Part shown: piece after piece, positions 1 through 10,341 of the stretch | Position numbering within the stretch: the first letter of the stretch is position 1 | How the letters are laid out: each line of letters opens with the position of its first letter | Origin: Eledone cirrhosa | Lineage: Eukaryota | Reading direction: 5' to 3' | Assembly (NCBI GenBank): GCA_964016885.1 | Contig: OZ024743.1 | Coordinates: 333,436,001 to 333,500,000 of the forward strand | Length of the DNA stretch: 64,000 nt | Position numbers and translations under genes: made by a program | The notes under the pieces: model-generated | The model's database searches: none | Told to the model about the DNA's origin: nothing | The model's input: the letters and a program-made list of their open reading frames with translations, nothing else

Positions 1-1549
1 TGTAAAGTGGTCATGTAGGTGTCCCGATAAAAAGTGCCCAGTTCACACTGTAACGTGGTCATGTAGGTGTCGCGACAAAAAGCACCCTGTTCACACTGTA
101 AAGTGGTTTTGTAGGTGTCACAACAAAAAGTGCCCAGTACACACTGTAAAGTGGTCATGTAGCTGTCGCGACAAAAAGTGCCCAGTTTATACTGTAAAGT
201 GGTGATGTAAGTGTTGCGACAAAAAGTGCCCAGTTCACACTGTAAATTGGTTATGTAGGTGTCACGACAAAAAGGACCGAGTTCACACTGTAAAGTGGTT
301 GTGTAGGTGTCAAGACAAAAAGTGCCCAGTTCACACTGTAAAGTGGTCATGTAGGTGTCACGACAAAAGGCACCCAGTTCACACTGTAAAGTGGTCATGT
401 AAGTGTCACGACAAAAAGTGCCCAGTTCACACTGTAAAGTGGTCATGTAGGTGTCGCGACAAAAAGTGCCCAGTTCACACTGTAAAGTGATCATGTATGT
501 GTCGCGACAAAAAGTGCCCAGTTCACACTGTAAAGTGGTCATGTAGGTGTCCCGATAAAAATTGCCCAGTTCACACTGTAACGTGGTCATGTAGGTGTCG
601 CGACAAAAAGCACCCTGTTCACACTGTAAAGTCGTTTTGTAGGTGTCACAACAAAAAGTGCCCAGTACACACTGTAAAGTGGTCATGTAGGTGTCGTGAC
701 AAAAAGTGCCCAGTTCATACTGTAAAGTGGTCATGTAGGTGTCGCGACAAAAAGTGCCCAGTCCACACTGTAAATTGGTCATGTAGGTGTCACGACAAAA
801 AGGACCCAGTTCACACTGTAAAGTGGTTGTGTAGGTGTCCCGATAAAAATTGCCCAGTTCACACTGTAACGTGGTCATGTAGGTGTCGCGACAAAAAGCA
901 CCCTGTTCACACTGTAAAGTCGTTTTGTAGGTGTCACAACAAAAAGTGCCCAGTACACACTGTAAAGTGGTCATGTAGGTGTCGTGACAAAAAGTGCCCA
1001 GTTCATACTGTAAAGTGGTCATGTAGGTGTCGCGACAAAAAGTGCCCAGTCCACACTGTAAATTGGTCATGTAGGTGTCACGACAAAAAGGACCCAGTTC
1101 ACACTGTAAAGTGGTTGTGTAGGTGTCGCGACAAAAAGTGCCCAGTTCACACTGTAAAGTGGTCATGTAGGTGTCACGACAAAAGGCGCCCAGTTCACAC
1201 TGTAAAGTGGTCATGTAAGTGTCACGACAAAAAGTGCCCAGTTCATACTGTAAAGTGGTCATGTAGGTGTCGCGACAAAAAGTGCCCAGTCCACACTGTA
1301 AAGTGGTCATGTAGGTGTCACGACAAAAAGTGCCCAGTTCACACTGTAAAGTGGTCATGTAAGTGTCGCGACAAAAAGTGCCCAGTTCACACTGTAAAGT
1401 GGTCATGTAGGTGTCACGACAAAAGGCGCCCAGTTCACACTGTAAAGTGGTCATGTAAGTGTCACGACAAAAAGTGCCCAGTTCACACTGTAAAGTGATC
1501 ATGTATGTGTCGTGACAAAAAGCCCCCAGTTCACATTGTAAAGTGGTTG
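1..1549 (+). repeat. 48-bp minisatellite (~32 copies, continues past window start), consensus ~TGTAAAGTGGTCATGTAGGTGTCGCGACAAAAAGTGCCCAGTTCACAC
   Basis: Unit recurs every 48 nt (positions 1, 49, ...). There is an internal 288-bp (6-unit) duplication: marker CCCGATAAAAATTGCC at 551 and 839. Confidence 0.97.
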
Positions 1550-1687
1550 GTGGTAGGAAGGACATCCAGCCATAGAAACCAAAACCAAATCAGTTGTTTA
1601 CGAGTAAGACGTGGTCATCTGATCTGGTTAACCCATGCTAGCATGGAAAAATGGGCATTAAACAGTGATGATGATGATGATGATGAC
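1540..1687 (+). mobile_element. SINE/LINE-type 3' tail ending in (GAT)n, continuous with the upstream VNTR
   Basis: AAGTGGTTGG...GGAAGGACATCCAGC...AACCCATGCTAGCATGGAAAA...TTAAACAGT(GAT)n. Near-identical tail at 12231-12373; reverse-strand relatives at 2977-3140 and 5005-5200. Confidence 0.8.
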
Positions 1688-1849
1688 TTGTACTATTTGT
1701 ATGGATGTTACTTGCTTTTTTTATACCTCCAGACCTTATCTACCTCCCTTATAAACAAGGTCTCCTCCTTCTTCCCATTAAGAAAGTTAGTAGTAAGAAT
1801 GACACCTAACTTTAGAAATATACCATCATCATTATCATCATAATTTTGT

Positions 1850-2098
1850 GGTGGTGGTGATGATGACAATGATGATGATGATGATGATGATAACGATGAT
1901 AATGATGATGATGATGATGATAACGATGATAATGATGATGATGATGAAGAGGATGATGAGGATGATGATGACAACAACAATGATGATAATGATGATAATA
2001 ACAGCAACACCAATGACGATGATGATGACAACGGTGATGATGATAATGATGATGGTGACAATAATGGCGATGATGATGATGACAATGATGATGATGAA
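1850..2098. repeat. Imperfect (GAT)n trinucleotide microsatellite
   Basis: Direct reading; source of the poly-M/D/S/I ORFs. Confidence 0.95.
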
Positions 2099-2778
2099 AT
2101 TACCACAGCTGGAGGTTTGATTGAGACAAGTAGATTTGTGGCCATACAGCAATCAATAAAATATGCTGCTGAAATATCTGTGTATTTTAATTAATCAATT
2201 AATGGATTGATTTAATCTTAACTGTTTGTTACCCCCACCAAGACATCACATTTTTCAAAGTAATTGCCTTGACGTTCAATTACTTAACCAAACGCATTAA
2301 AGAAAACCACATACATAGAATATAAATCTATAATGAATGTATCGACGTAGTTGTTCCTGTTGTTTAGTTCCAAATCAGCTCTGATTAAGATGGCCAGCCT
2401 TTGATTATCTCTTAACATCCTGTGCCACATGGAACCACATTAGAAAGACGTTCTTGAAGAGTGCAAATCAACACTATTACTGCAAAACAGAAATTAAGGT
2501 CTTTATCCTAATACAGCAAATTTTCACAACAATCTGTCCACTAGTAAAGATACTAAACATTTGAATTAACAAGCTATATAAAACAACATTATCAAGGCAT
2601 TCTTGAAAAGTATAAAACATCACTATGACTGCATCACATGAAAAATTAAAGTCCTAATATGGCAAATTTTCACAATGATCTGTCCATTAGTCAAGATATT
2701 ACTTAGTGGCTCATAAGGCCAGAATTTATTTGAGTTTCATGTGATTTTAAGCAACTGAGACTACAAGGCTCTTCCTTT

Positions 2779-2888
2779 GATAGGACACCAGTTCTTTAGA
2801 CAAGGGACTAGTCTTTGTATAGGACACCAGTCCTTGAATAGGACACCAGTCATTGGATAGGACACCAGTTATTAGATAGGACACCAGT
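2779..2888. repeat. Short ~18-19-bp tandem repeat (ATAGGACACCAGT core, ~6 copies) followed by TG-rich microsatellite
   Basis: Repeated ATAGGACACCAGT, seen directly. Confidence 0.8.
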
Positions 2889-2976
2889 GTGTGTTCACAT
2901 GTGTATATGTGTGTTCACATGTGTGTATGTGTGTATTCACATGTGTGTGTGTGTGTGTATGTATTCACATGGGTGT

Positions 2977-3140
2977 CATCATCATCATCATCATCAGGTT
3001 TAGCGTCCGTGTTCCACGCTTGCATGGGTTTGGACGGGGGTTTTCCCACTTGAGGCAAGAGTGGTTGTCTTGCTCGCATAGGACTGTCTAGCGGGTTTTC
3101 TACAGTTGGATGCCCTTCCTAACACCAACCACATTTACAT
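2977..3140 (-). mobile_element. Reverse-oriented SINE/LINE 3' tail fragment
   Basis: (CAT)n...GCATGGGTTTGGACGG...TTTCTACAGTTGGATGCCCTTCCTAACACCAACCAC is the reverse complement of the tail type at 1540-1687. Confidence 0.75.
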
Positions 3141-3177
3141 GCGTAAGATTAACTAATATTTTGTTCCTGTTTTCCAG

Positions 3178-3334
3178 CTGGTAATTCTGAAGTTGATATT
3201 TACTACACACTGAATGGAACAAAACCTGAAGCGTTTCCCTTAAAGAAATCACCAGAGTTTTGTACCTTCATTTATAAGGCTCCATTCCCTCTTCCTGCTG
3301 GCAAAATCACCCTAAAGGCCTTGGCTGTATCAAA
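3178..3334 (+). CDS. DZANK1: DZANK1-like internal coding exon A (Fn3-associated-like domain): GNSEVDIYYTLNGTKPEAFPLKKSPEFCTFIYKAPFPLPAGKITLKALAVSK
   Basis: tttccAG acceptor and GTAAGT donor; 157 nt, phase 1 to 2. Translation matches the vertebrate DZANK1 N-terminal motif as I recall it (IYYTLDGSKP...LPDGKIQVKAIAVSK). Confidence 0.9.
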
Positions 3335-3705
3335 GTAAGTCTCAAAGTCTTCTACTATTGTATATCCCAACTCTGATTCATCAGTTATTAGACTATGTAT
3401 CAATGACTACATTCAGTGCTGGATGTCTCTGTAAGCTAAATAAGCTATAGCTTAGGGTCACACACCCTAGGAGGCTTCAATTTTTAAAATATATTATTAT
3501 TTTATCATTAGTTTTTATTTGTTAACACTAAATCATAAAAAAAATCTATATATCATTACCAAAACATTGCCATCATACTTACCTAACTTACTATTTGTGT
3601 GTACTCTGTAGTTTAAGATGCAGTTGCTCAACTGCAAGCTTATTGTCTCATTGAGTGAGTGGGTCATGGCTGGAAATCACTGAAATAAATTTGGTGACTT
3701 TCGTA

Positions 3706-3708
<3 letters not shown>

Positions 3709-3744
<36 letters not shown>
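3709..3744. repeat. (TA)n microsatellite
   Basis: Direct reading. Confidence 0.97.
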
Positions 3745-3749
<5 letters not shown>

Positions 3750-4149
3750 TATTCTTTATCATTAATATTAATATAAAAAATAATAATCATGATTATTATC
3801 GCAGGGGCCTCAAATTTCAGGGCCTCAGCAGAGGCCTCAAATTTTTAGGAAGTCAGCAGGTGAACATCCAGCTCTGAATACATTGACACTTAACATCCTG
3901 TAATGATTTAGCAGAAAATGTCTAAAAACTGGTTTGTTAATTCAAATGCTTATAGTATTTTTTTTACTAGTGGACAGATATTTGTAAAAATATGCAATTA
4001 ATACAATGACACAGTTAAAAGGCAAAGTTCATATTCACAGTTAAATACTACAAGCATTCATATGAAACATTACCTCCTTACGGACAACTGACGCTGCACA
4101 CCAGGTCCGAACGCAGAAGAGCCGAACTCCCACTGTCATCGCCCTCCCC

Positions 4150-4362
4150 ATCTCTCTGTATTATGAGCAAATGCGGTCCTATGTGCTGGCCACCCCATGG
4201 CCACGGCAGACATAATGGAGAAGGATGCTAAGGAAGATGCGCTGGAAGAGCTATTCCATCTCGCGAGGCTCATACCTGCGGCTAGCTAGCTCAGCACCTA
4301 TGGTGGTATGTAGGGAGGTAGCCCTAGGGCCAAGGACACCAGAAGTCTCCACTGCTAGGAGC
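4150..4362 (-). mobile_element. Degenerate 3' fragment of a CRE-like (restriction-like endonuclease) non-LTR retrotransposon
   Basis: Minus strand translates LAVETSGVLGPRATSLHTTIGAELASRRYEPREME*LFQRIFLSI, resembling the AVETxGxxG...LFQRIS C-terminus of RLE elements. In-frame stop present. Confidence 0.7.
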
Positions 4363-4819
4363 TTGACTGCAAACCTATCAGAGATGCAGTATTAGAGTAA
4401 AGACTTTTTTTCCTTTCAGCAACAGTCAAGATAAGTGTGTTGTTATCAAGCCATAAACATTTCTCCCCAAGGACATCTCAAGTATCTTTCACGCATTGCC
4501 TTACAATCTAAAACACCTTATCACCTTCTATCTATAATCCTCATATCACAGAACATTTACAAACTTCTTACTGTTGGCTTCTTCTCTTGTTAAGTATACT
4601 CGATGTCTAGTTTCTCTTCAAGCTACTTGATATTGTTCTTTACTGCCCACTTTCTTCCAGTCTTCCTAGGCCTGTTTCTTAGCTTTCATGGCTCTATCTA
4701 CCATACTATTCCACAACCACATCACCTTCAATTTGGCTTGCACTGATCTATAACCATATACATCATGAGAAAATGTCCACTTCACTGTCCCTCATATAGA
4801 TTCTTGTGTTTTACTCCAG

Positions 4820-4949
4820 AGATGGTGTTAAAGAGAGCAATATAGTAACTAAAACATTTGATGTGGAATATATCCCATCAAATGAGTCAGATCCTTGCAA
4901 TAATGATGGACTTGACTTTCAAGAAGAAATTGCTGAAGAGAAAGCGAGG
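4820..4949 (+). CDS. DZANK1: DZANK1-like exon B: (K)DGVKESNIVTKTFDVEYIPSNESDPCNNDGLDFQEEIAEEKAR
   Basis: ctccAG / GTAAGT; 130 nt, phase 2 to 0, compatible with exon A. Matches recalled DZANK1 KDCRQSGIVTKVFHVDY. Confidence 0.9.
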
Positions 4950-5004
4950 GTAAGTTTAGGGTGTTTTTCTTTTACAGTTTTCAATGTATGACACACAACA
5001 ACAA

Positions 5005-5200
5005 TATTACAACTGTTTTACATGTTGGCATGGGCTGAATATTTCATCTTGGTCCAAGACCAGACAGATCAGAGAAACATATGTTGCTTATACATTCCAT
5101 TTCGGCATGGTTTCAACAGCCGAATGTCCTTACTAACACTACCACTTTACTGAGTGTAGTGGGTGCATTTTAACATGTCACCAGCACTACCATTTTACAG
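5005..5200 (-). mobile_element. Reverse-oriented SINE fragment (tail plus an unexpanded copy of the VNTR seed)
   Basis: GGCATGGG...GGCATGGTTTCAACAGCCGAATGTCCTTACTAACACTACCACTTTACTGAGTGTAGTGGGTGC. The motif CACTACCA(C/T)TTTAC recurs ~47 nt apart. Confidence 0.65.
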
Positions 5201-5403
5201 ATTATATGGGGTACACTTTATTATTGCACCAACAATACCATTTGTCATCATCCTGTAGCGAAGCGACACCTGTCGTGTGCTTGGGGACAGCTATGCAGAG
5301 TTACCTGCACATAGCTCTGACGTCACCAAATCATTCTCTCTCCGGCGGCGACTTGCGAAGGGACGACACAAATTACTTTGTGCTATGCTAAACTGCCATC
5401 ATT

Positions 5404-5480
5404 AGGGTCGATAAAATAAAGTACCAGTAATGCACTGGAAAATTGCTGGCCTTGTGCCAAGAAGTAGAAACAATTATTAT
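5404..5480 (+). mobile_element. 5'-truncated SINE 3' fragment (same family as 9629-9817)
   Basis: GGGTCGATAAAATAAAGTACCAG...AATTGCTGGCCTTGTGCCAAGAAGTAGAAACAATTATTA is near-identical to the 3' half of the 9629 element. Confidence 0.8.
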
Positions 5481-5589
5481 CTTATAATAAAATAATATAT
5501 TTTATTATATACAATTGGTTATGCTGTATTTTTTAAGAAGATATCTGATTCACTTCTGTAATGGGAATCAGGTAGCCTTCTAAAATCCT

Positions 5590-5903
5590 TTGTCATCTCC
5601 TCTTTGAGTCTTAGTGAATTGAGGTCAGCTCTCACAACCTCTGCCAAGTCTTTCTAGGTCTATCTCTTCTTCACCAAATGATCATTGTCCAAGTGCATCA
5701 CATGTCCGTACCAATGCAGTCTTCTCTCCTGCACACCACCTCGGATTCCTCTTACTCAGCTTCTCCCTCAGCTCATCCAAGCTCTGCCATTCTCTCATAC
5801 TTACATTGTACATCTAACAAAGCATGGCTGCTTCATTTCTCTCCAGTCTACGCACATACTCTGTAGTCACAGTTCATGTTTCACTACCATGTAGCATCAC
5901 ACT
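5590..5903 (-). mobile_element. Degenerate RTE-clade LINE C-terminal fragment
   Basis: Minus strand reads SVMLHGSET*TVTTEYVRRLERNEAAML, then (frameshifted) QERRLHWYGHVM. These are typical RTE post-RT motifs; stops and frameshifts present. Confidence 0.7.
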
Positions 5904-5976
5904 TCACACTCAGCTATCCTTAATGTTATTTACATTTAAGTTATATTATTTTGTTATATTATTTGTGTTTGTGTAG

Positions 5977-6073
5977 CTGGAGAAGAAGAGATCCATGAAA
6001 AATCTTCACATCTCACTGAAACCTGCTTGGGGAGGAAGTCCAACACCGAGGGATTCCTCTTATTTAATGTCTA
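5977..6073 (+). CDS. DZANK1: DZANK1-like exon C (linker): LEKKRSMKNLHISLKPAWGGSPTPRDSSYLMS
   Basis: tgtgtAG / GTAAGT; 97 nt, phase 0 to 1. Bridges exon B and exon D in frame; poorly conserved region. Confidence 0.75.
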
Positions 6074-6088
6074 GTAAGTTTTATGTTT

Positions 6089-6610
6089 GTCATTATCACC
6101 ATCATATCAGATGTCATCATTACGGCCATCACCATCATCGCCACTATCATCATATTAACCATCATCATCATCATCATCATCATCATCGTCACTATCGTCA
6201 TCACTGCCATCACCATCATCAACAGCGTCATCACTGCCATTACCATCATCAACACCGTCATCACCACCATCACCATCACCGCCGTCACCATCATCATCAC
6301 CGTCATCACCATCATCACCGTCACCATCATTATCATCATCACCATCACTGCTGTCACCATCATCAACACCGTCATCACTGCCGTCACCAGCATCATCACC
6401 GTCATCATCATCATCATCATCACCACTGTTGTCACCATCATCACCACCGTCATCACTGCCATCACCATCATCAACACTGTCACCATCATCAACACCGCCA
6501 TCATATCAACCATCATCATCACCACCATCACCACTGCTGCCCCCCCCCCCCCATTCACTGCCACCATCATCACCACAAACACTGCCACCACTACCACAAT
6601 CATCATCATG
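6089..6610. repeat. Imperfect (CAT/CAC)n trinucleotide repeat
   Basis: Direct reading; source of the poly-His/Ile/Thr ORFs. Confidence 0.95.
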
Positions 6611-6781
6611 CTGTCTATCCTTCACTTTGTGAGAGAAGCCCTTTGTTACCAGCAATGATAACAGGTCTTTGAACTTCTTCCAGCCCTTTCTCAACCACCA
6701 CCACCACCTTTATCTATATATAATTTATAATTTCTCTGATTGTCTTACATGCCAAATGTTTTCTTCTTACCTTATTCACAG

Positions 6782-6888
6782 AACTTGATATTACTGATGG
6801 AAAGAGGCCACCATCAACTGCCAGATTTCTAGATGAACGATTTAAAAACAAAAGTCAAGATCTGAAAGATGTATCTTCATCTCTGATT
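6782..6888 (+). CDS. DZANK1: DZANK1-like exon D (linker): (K)LDITDGKRPPSTARFLDERFKNKSQDLKDVSSSLI
   Basis: Pyrimidine tract + cacAG / GTAAGT; 107 nt, phase 1 to 0; open and compatible with exons C and E. Confidence 0.78.
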
Positions 6889-6900
6889 GTAAGTATTTTA

Positions 6901-7620
6901 TTACAGAGTGGACTGGGTGCTTTGTGTTGTGCCACCAGCACTACCACCTTACAAGGTGGATGGGATGTTTTTTTGTTGTGTCACCAGCACTACCTCATTA
7001 CAGGGTGTACTAGGTGCTTCCCATTGTGGAATCAGCACTACCTCATCACAGGGTGTACTAGGTGCTTCCCATTGTGGAATCAGCACTACCTCATCACAGG
7101 GTGTACTAGGTGCTTCCCATTGTGGAATCAGCACTACCTCATTACAGGGTGTACTAGGTGCTTCCCATTGTGGAATCAGCACTACCTCATTACAGGGTGT
7201 ACTAGGTGCTTCCCATTGTGGAATCAGCACTACCTCATTACAGGGTGTACTAGGTGCTTCCCATTGTGGAATCAGCACTACCTCATTACAGGGTGTACTA
7301 GGTGCTTCCCATAGTGGTATCAGCACTACCTCATTACAGGGTGTACTAGGTGCTTCCCATTGTGGAATCAGCACTACCTCATTACAGGGTGTACTAGGTG
7401 CTTCCCATTGTGGTATCAGCACTACCTCATTACAGGGTGTACTAGGTGCTTCCCATTGTGGAATCAGCACTACCTCATTACAGGTTGTACTAGGTGCTTC
7501 CCATTGTGGTATCAGCACTACCTCATTACAGGGTGTACTAGGTGCTTCCCATTGTGGTATCAGCACTACCTCATTACAGGGTGTACTAGGTACTTCCCAT
7601 TCTGGTATAAGTACTACCTC
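6901..7620 (-). repeat. 48-bp minisatellite (~15 copies), + strand unit AGCACTACCTCATTACAGGGTGTACTAGGTGCTTCCCATTGTGGAATC
   Basis: 48-nt period. First units (TTACAGAGTGGACTGGGTGCTTT...CACCAGCAC) are reverse-complement relatives of the 1-1549 unit. Begins 12 nt after the exon D donor. Confidence 0.95.
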
Positions 7621-8337
7621 TAGGTAACACTGTAGAGCCCAGTAGAAGACAGATAAGCATAGTTTGACCATGCAAAAATCCACTTTTTGCTTAATCATTT
7701 TCATGTCAAAATACAGTTTTTCCATGGACAATTATATATCATTTGAAAGTTCTAGATGTGAACTTTCTTTTCATATACTCTTGATCAAAATCCGGTACTT
7801 ACATATCATGCCAGATCCCCTCAATCACCCTCGTATTTCCACACATTACAACGTTTGTCTTGTTTTTGTTTTTATCACTAAATGGTAGCGCTAATTCTAA
7901 TTCAGTGTGCTGGAACACTATATATAACTCGATTTGTGTTGAAAATGACACAGTCATGAAGAGAGCTTGTTTTGTTTCATTTTGATATAAAAATCGAAGG
8001 GGATGGGTCAGATAATCATTATGAAGTATAAAAGGGAAAATTTTATGATTAATTTTCACTTAGAAAAGAACATATTTTCTTCAAGATTTTTATACCATAC
8101 GAAAGAAAAATTTATCACAAATTCAATAGAGATATTGCCAATTCTGACCATGGGGTGGTGCGAAAGCACAAAGTCAATAAATAGTGGAATACTACGGATG
8201 CTCATAACGCATATTGATGCTACTTGTTGAAATGGTGTGACTTTGAAAATGACAAAACTTGAGGTATTGGCAATGATTTTATGTGTGTCTTAACAAAACT
8301 GACTTAAAAATAGAAATATTGTTTCATTTCATTCTAG

Positions 8338-8468
8338 CGAACTTACCAGGTTCAAACCATAGCTGATCAATTTTCTGCTTCAGAATGGAAAGGTATTCCA
8401 GAACCACGGAAAGCTCCAAGCAACTCAAAAGAAGCTTTAAGACTTCAAAGACAAACAGATTTTCTGAA
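8338..8468 (+). CDS. DZANK1: DZANK1-like exon E: RTYQVQTIADQFSASEWKGIPEPRKAPSNSKEALRLQRQTDFLK
   Basis: ttctAG / GTAAGT; 131 nt, phase 0 to 2. Ends in the conserved R(I/L)QR(E/Q)TDFLK motif. Confidence 0.9.
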
Positions 8469-8821
8469 GTAAGTTTTCACTCTTTTCACAAGACATTCAT
8501 CATCACCATCATCGCTGTTGTTTTAAAGTCTGCTGTCCTTGTTAGCAAAAGTTGGACATGTCTGTATAAACCAAGTTAGTACTGAAGCAGTGGCTACTGA
8601 TCTCCCAGACAAACCAGGGATCTGTTGTCTCACTTATGTATGGTCGTGCACAGGGGGAGGTTATCATGTCTTTCACGCTGAGGGTCCTCCCAACCCTTTG
8701 GTTGGCAAGCTTTCTATGGCAGGAAGCCCTTCCTAATATGTTTTTAATTTTCATTTCTCATTCTCTTTTCTGCTCTCTCTCTCTCTATCTATATATACTT
8801 TATTATGTTTTCAATACATCT

Positions 8822-8880
8822 TACTTGGTTGATATTATATAGACACTTAAAAAAAGTGTCTATACAATATTAACCAGGTA
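8822..8880. other. 27-bp-arm inverted repeat (hairpin) with A5 loop
   Basis: TACTTGGTTGATATTATATAGACACTT-AAAAA-AAGTGTCTATACAATATTAACCAGGTA; 24/27 Watson-Crick pairs. Confidence 0.9.
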
Positions 8881-8976
8881 GGGGTTGATAAAATAAAGCA
8901 CCAGTGACATACTGAGGTTGATATAGTCAACTTTCCCCTCCCTCAAAATTGTTGCCTTGTGCCTAAATTAGAAACC
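8881..8976 (+). mobile_element. 5'-truncated SINE 3' fragment with probable TSD (ATT(A/G)TATAGACACTT at 8834-8848 and 8977-8991)
   Basis: GGGGTTGATAAAATAAAGCACCAG...TTCCCCTCCCTCAAAATTGTTGCCTTGTGCCTAAATTAGAAACC; shared with the 9629, 5404 and 18035 copies. Confidence 0.78.
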
Positions 8977-9003
8977 ATTGTATAGACACTTTGATCCTTT
9001 TAA

Positions 9004-9265
9004 TGCTGTGACACGTTCTCCGTCTCCAGCCAAGTTGCCTCGGCCACAAACTCCGGTACTGCTGCCTGCAATGCAGAGGACATGAAGCTGAGCAAATACC
9101 TGGGCTTGTCCAGCCACTTCCTCTTTGTATCAGTCGCCGTCAAGACCTCAGGCATTCTCGGGCTCCGTACTGCTGAGCTGCTCTGCAAAATTGGATCAAT
9201 AGCAGTCTCAGGAAAGCTCCGCGAGATGGGGTGGCTGTTGCTGCATGTGTCACTGTGGAAATGCC
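9004..9265 (+). mobile_element. Degenerate CRE-like RLE retrotransposon 3' fragment
   Basis: Translates CCDTFSVSSQVASATNSGTAACNAEDMKLSKYLGLSSHFLFVSVAVKTSGILG...REMGWLL, matching the RLE pattern (DT...AE..K..KY...F.P.AVET.G..G). Homologous to 4150-4362. Confidence 0.7.
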
Positions 9266-9628
9266 TTTGCCGTTTTGTCTGTGGGGCGCCGCCGAAACAC
9301 TGCCCCGCCCCAGGCATAGAGCCCATCACCCTCTCCCCTTCTCCCTCCCTTTCTGTCATCCAAGAATCCTTGCCTTTTCTCTCCTTTACCTCTCATTTAT
9401 GGCATTTTCTCCTACTTTCTTATACAGTCAGATCTGCCCTTCTTTACTCCTTCCCCCTCTGTTTGTTGTTTGGTTTTGTTTTAATCCTTTTTTTTCTTTT
9501 TCTGTCATATTTCAATCAATATTTGTACAACTGTGAATTGATTTTTTTGTTCATGTTCTATTCATCATTCTTTAAAGAACAGTCTGTTGTTAATCCTAAA
9601 TCATTCTGTTGTCATTATTAGGATGCCA

Positions 9629-9817
9629 AGGGCGGTGGATTGGCAGTATTGGTAGAGGGTCGGATGCCATGCTTTGCAGCAAAGAGTTACGACCCTTTAT
9701 GGTCTGAGTTCAAATCCCGCTGAGGTTAACTTTGCCTTTCATCCTTAAGGGGTTGATAAAATAAAGTACCAGAAATACACTGGGACAATTGCTGGCCTTG
9801 TGCCAAAAGTAGAAACA
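9629..9817 (+). mobile_element. Near full-length tRNA-derived SINE with 15-bp TSD
   Basis: A-box-like TGGCAGTATTGG, B-box GAGTTCAAATCC, central TTGCCTTTCATCCTTAAGGGGTTGATAAAATAAAGTACCAG. Exact direct repeat ATTATTAGGATGCCA at 9614-9628 and 9818-9832. Confidence 0.88.
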
Positions 9818-9970
9818 ATTATTAGGATGCCATTATATGGACATTGATTCCTTGAACATTTCTGTCTTCTCTGAAGATACAGATACAAGAAAAATTCATC
9901 ATTAATTCCTTGAATCAGTGTTCAGGTTGGGATATATAAATACATATATTATATATACAATGTGCGCCTG

Positions 9971-10341
9971 GTCCACACTGTAAAGTGGTCATGTTGGTGT
10001 CATGACAAAATGCATCCAATCCACACTGAAATGTGGTCGTGTAGGTGTCACGACAAAATGCACTCAATCCACACTGAAATGTGGTCGTGTAAGTGTCACG
10101 ACCAAAAGCACCCAGTCCACACTATAAATGTGGTCGTGTAGGTGACACAACAAAAAGCACCCAATCCACACTGTAGTGTGGTCATGTAGTTGACGTGATA
10201 AAAAGCACCCAGTCCACACTGTAAACGTGGTCGTGTAAGTGTCATGAAAAAATGCACCCAGTATTCACTGTAAAGTGGTTGTGTTGGTATTATAACAAAA
10301 AGCACCCAGTATTCACTGTAAAGTGGTTGTGTTGGTATTAT
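9971..10341 (+). repeat. 48-bp minisatellite, same family as 1-1549 (left part, interrupted by CR1)
   Basis: CACACTGTAAAGTGGTCATGT...ACAAAAAGCACCCAGT units. Last units are identical to those resuming at ~11955. Confidence 0.92.

Noticed and set aside
299-1498. Cys/His/Lys-rich 16-aa repeat ORFs resembling a metallothionein or zinc-finger protein
   Set aside because: Translation of a 48-bp TE-derived VNTR. It has sporadic stops, no splice support, and related arrays occur in either orientation.
2448-2700. Diverged ~150-bp-spaced duplication with a short inverted relative near 3965-4000
   Set aside because: Old and degenerate with no recognisable function; probably a decayed repeat.
5995-6672. 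225-aa poly-His ORF in frame with exon C
   Set aside because: Read-through past a canonical GTAAGT donor into a CAT/CAC microsatellite, which is inherently stop-poor. It would need intron-retention evidence.
6908-7731. Repeat ORFs on both strands (GVLGASHCGISTTSLQ etc.), likewise 13577-14179 and 14422-14940
   Set aside because: Minisatellites with a period divisible by 3 produce open frames trivially.
7650-8280. Possible non-autonomous DNA transposon (ATATATCATTTGAAAG...TCAAAATCCGG motifs)
   Set aside because: I could not identify termini or a TSD by eye.
9629-9725. tRNA-like A/B boxes
   Set aside because: No cloverleaf. It is the head of a TSD-flanked SINE, not a tRNA gene.
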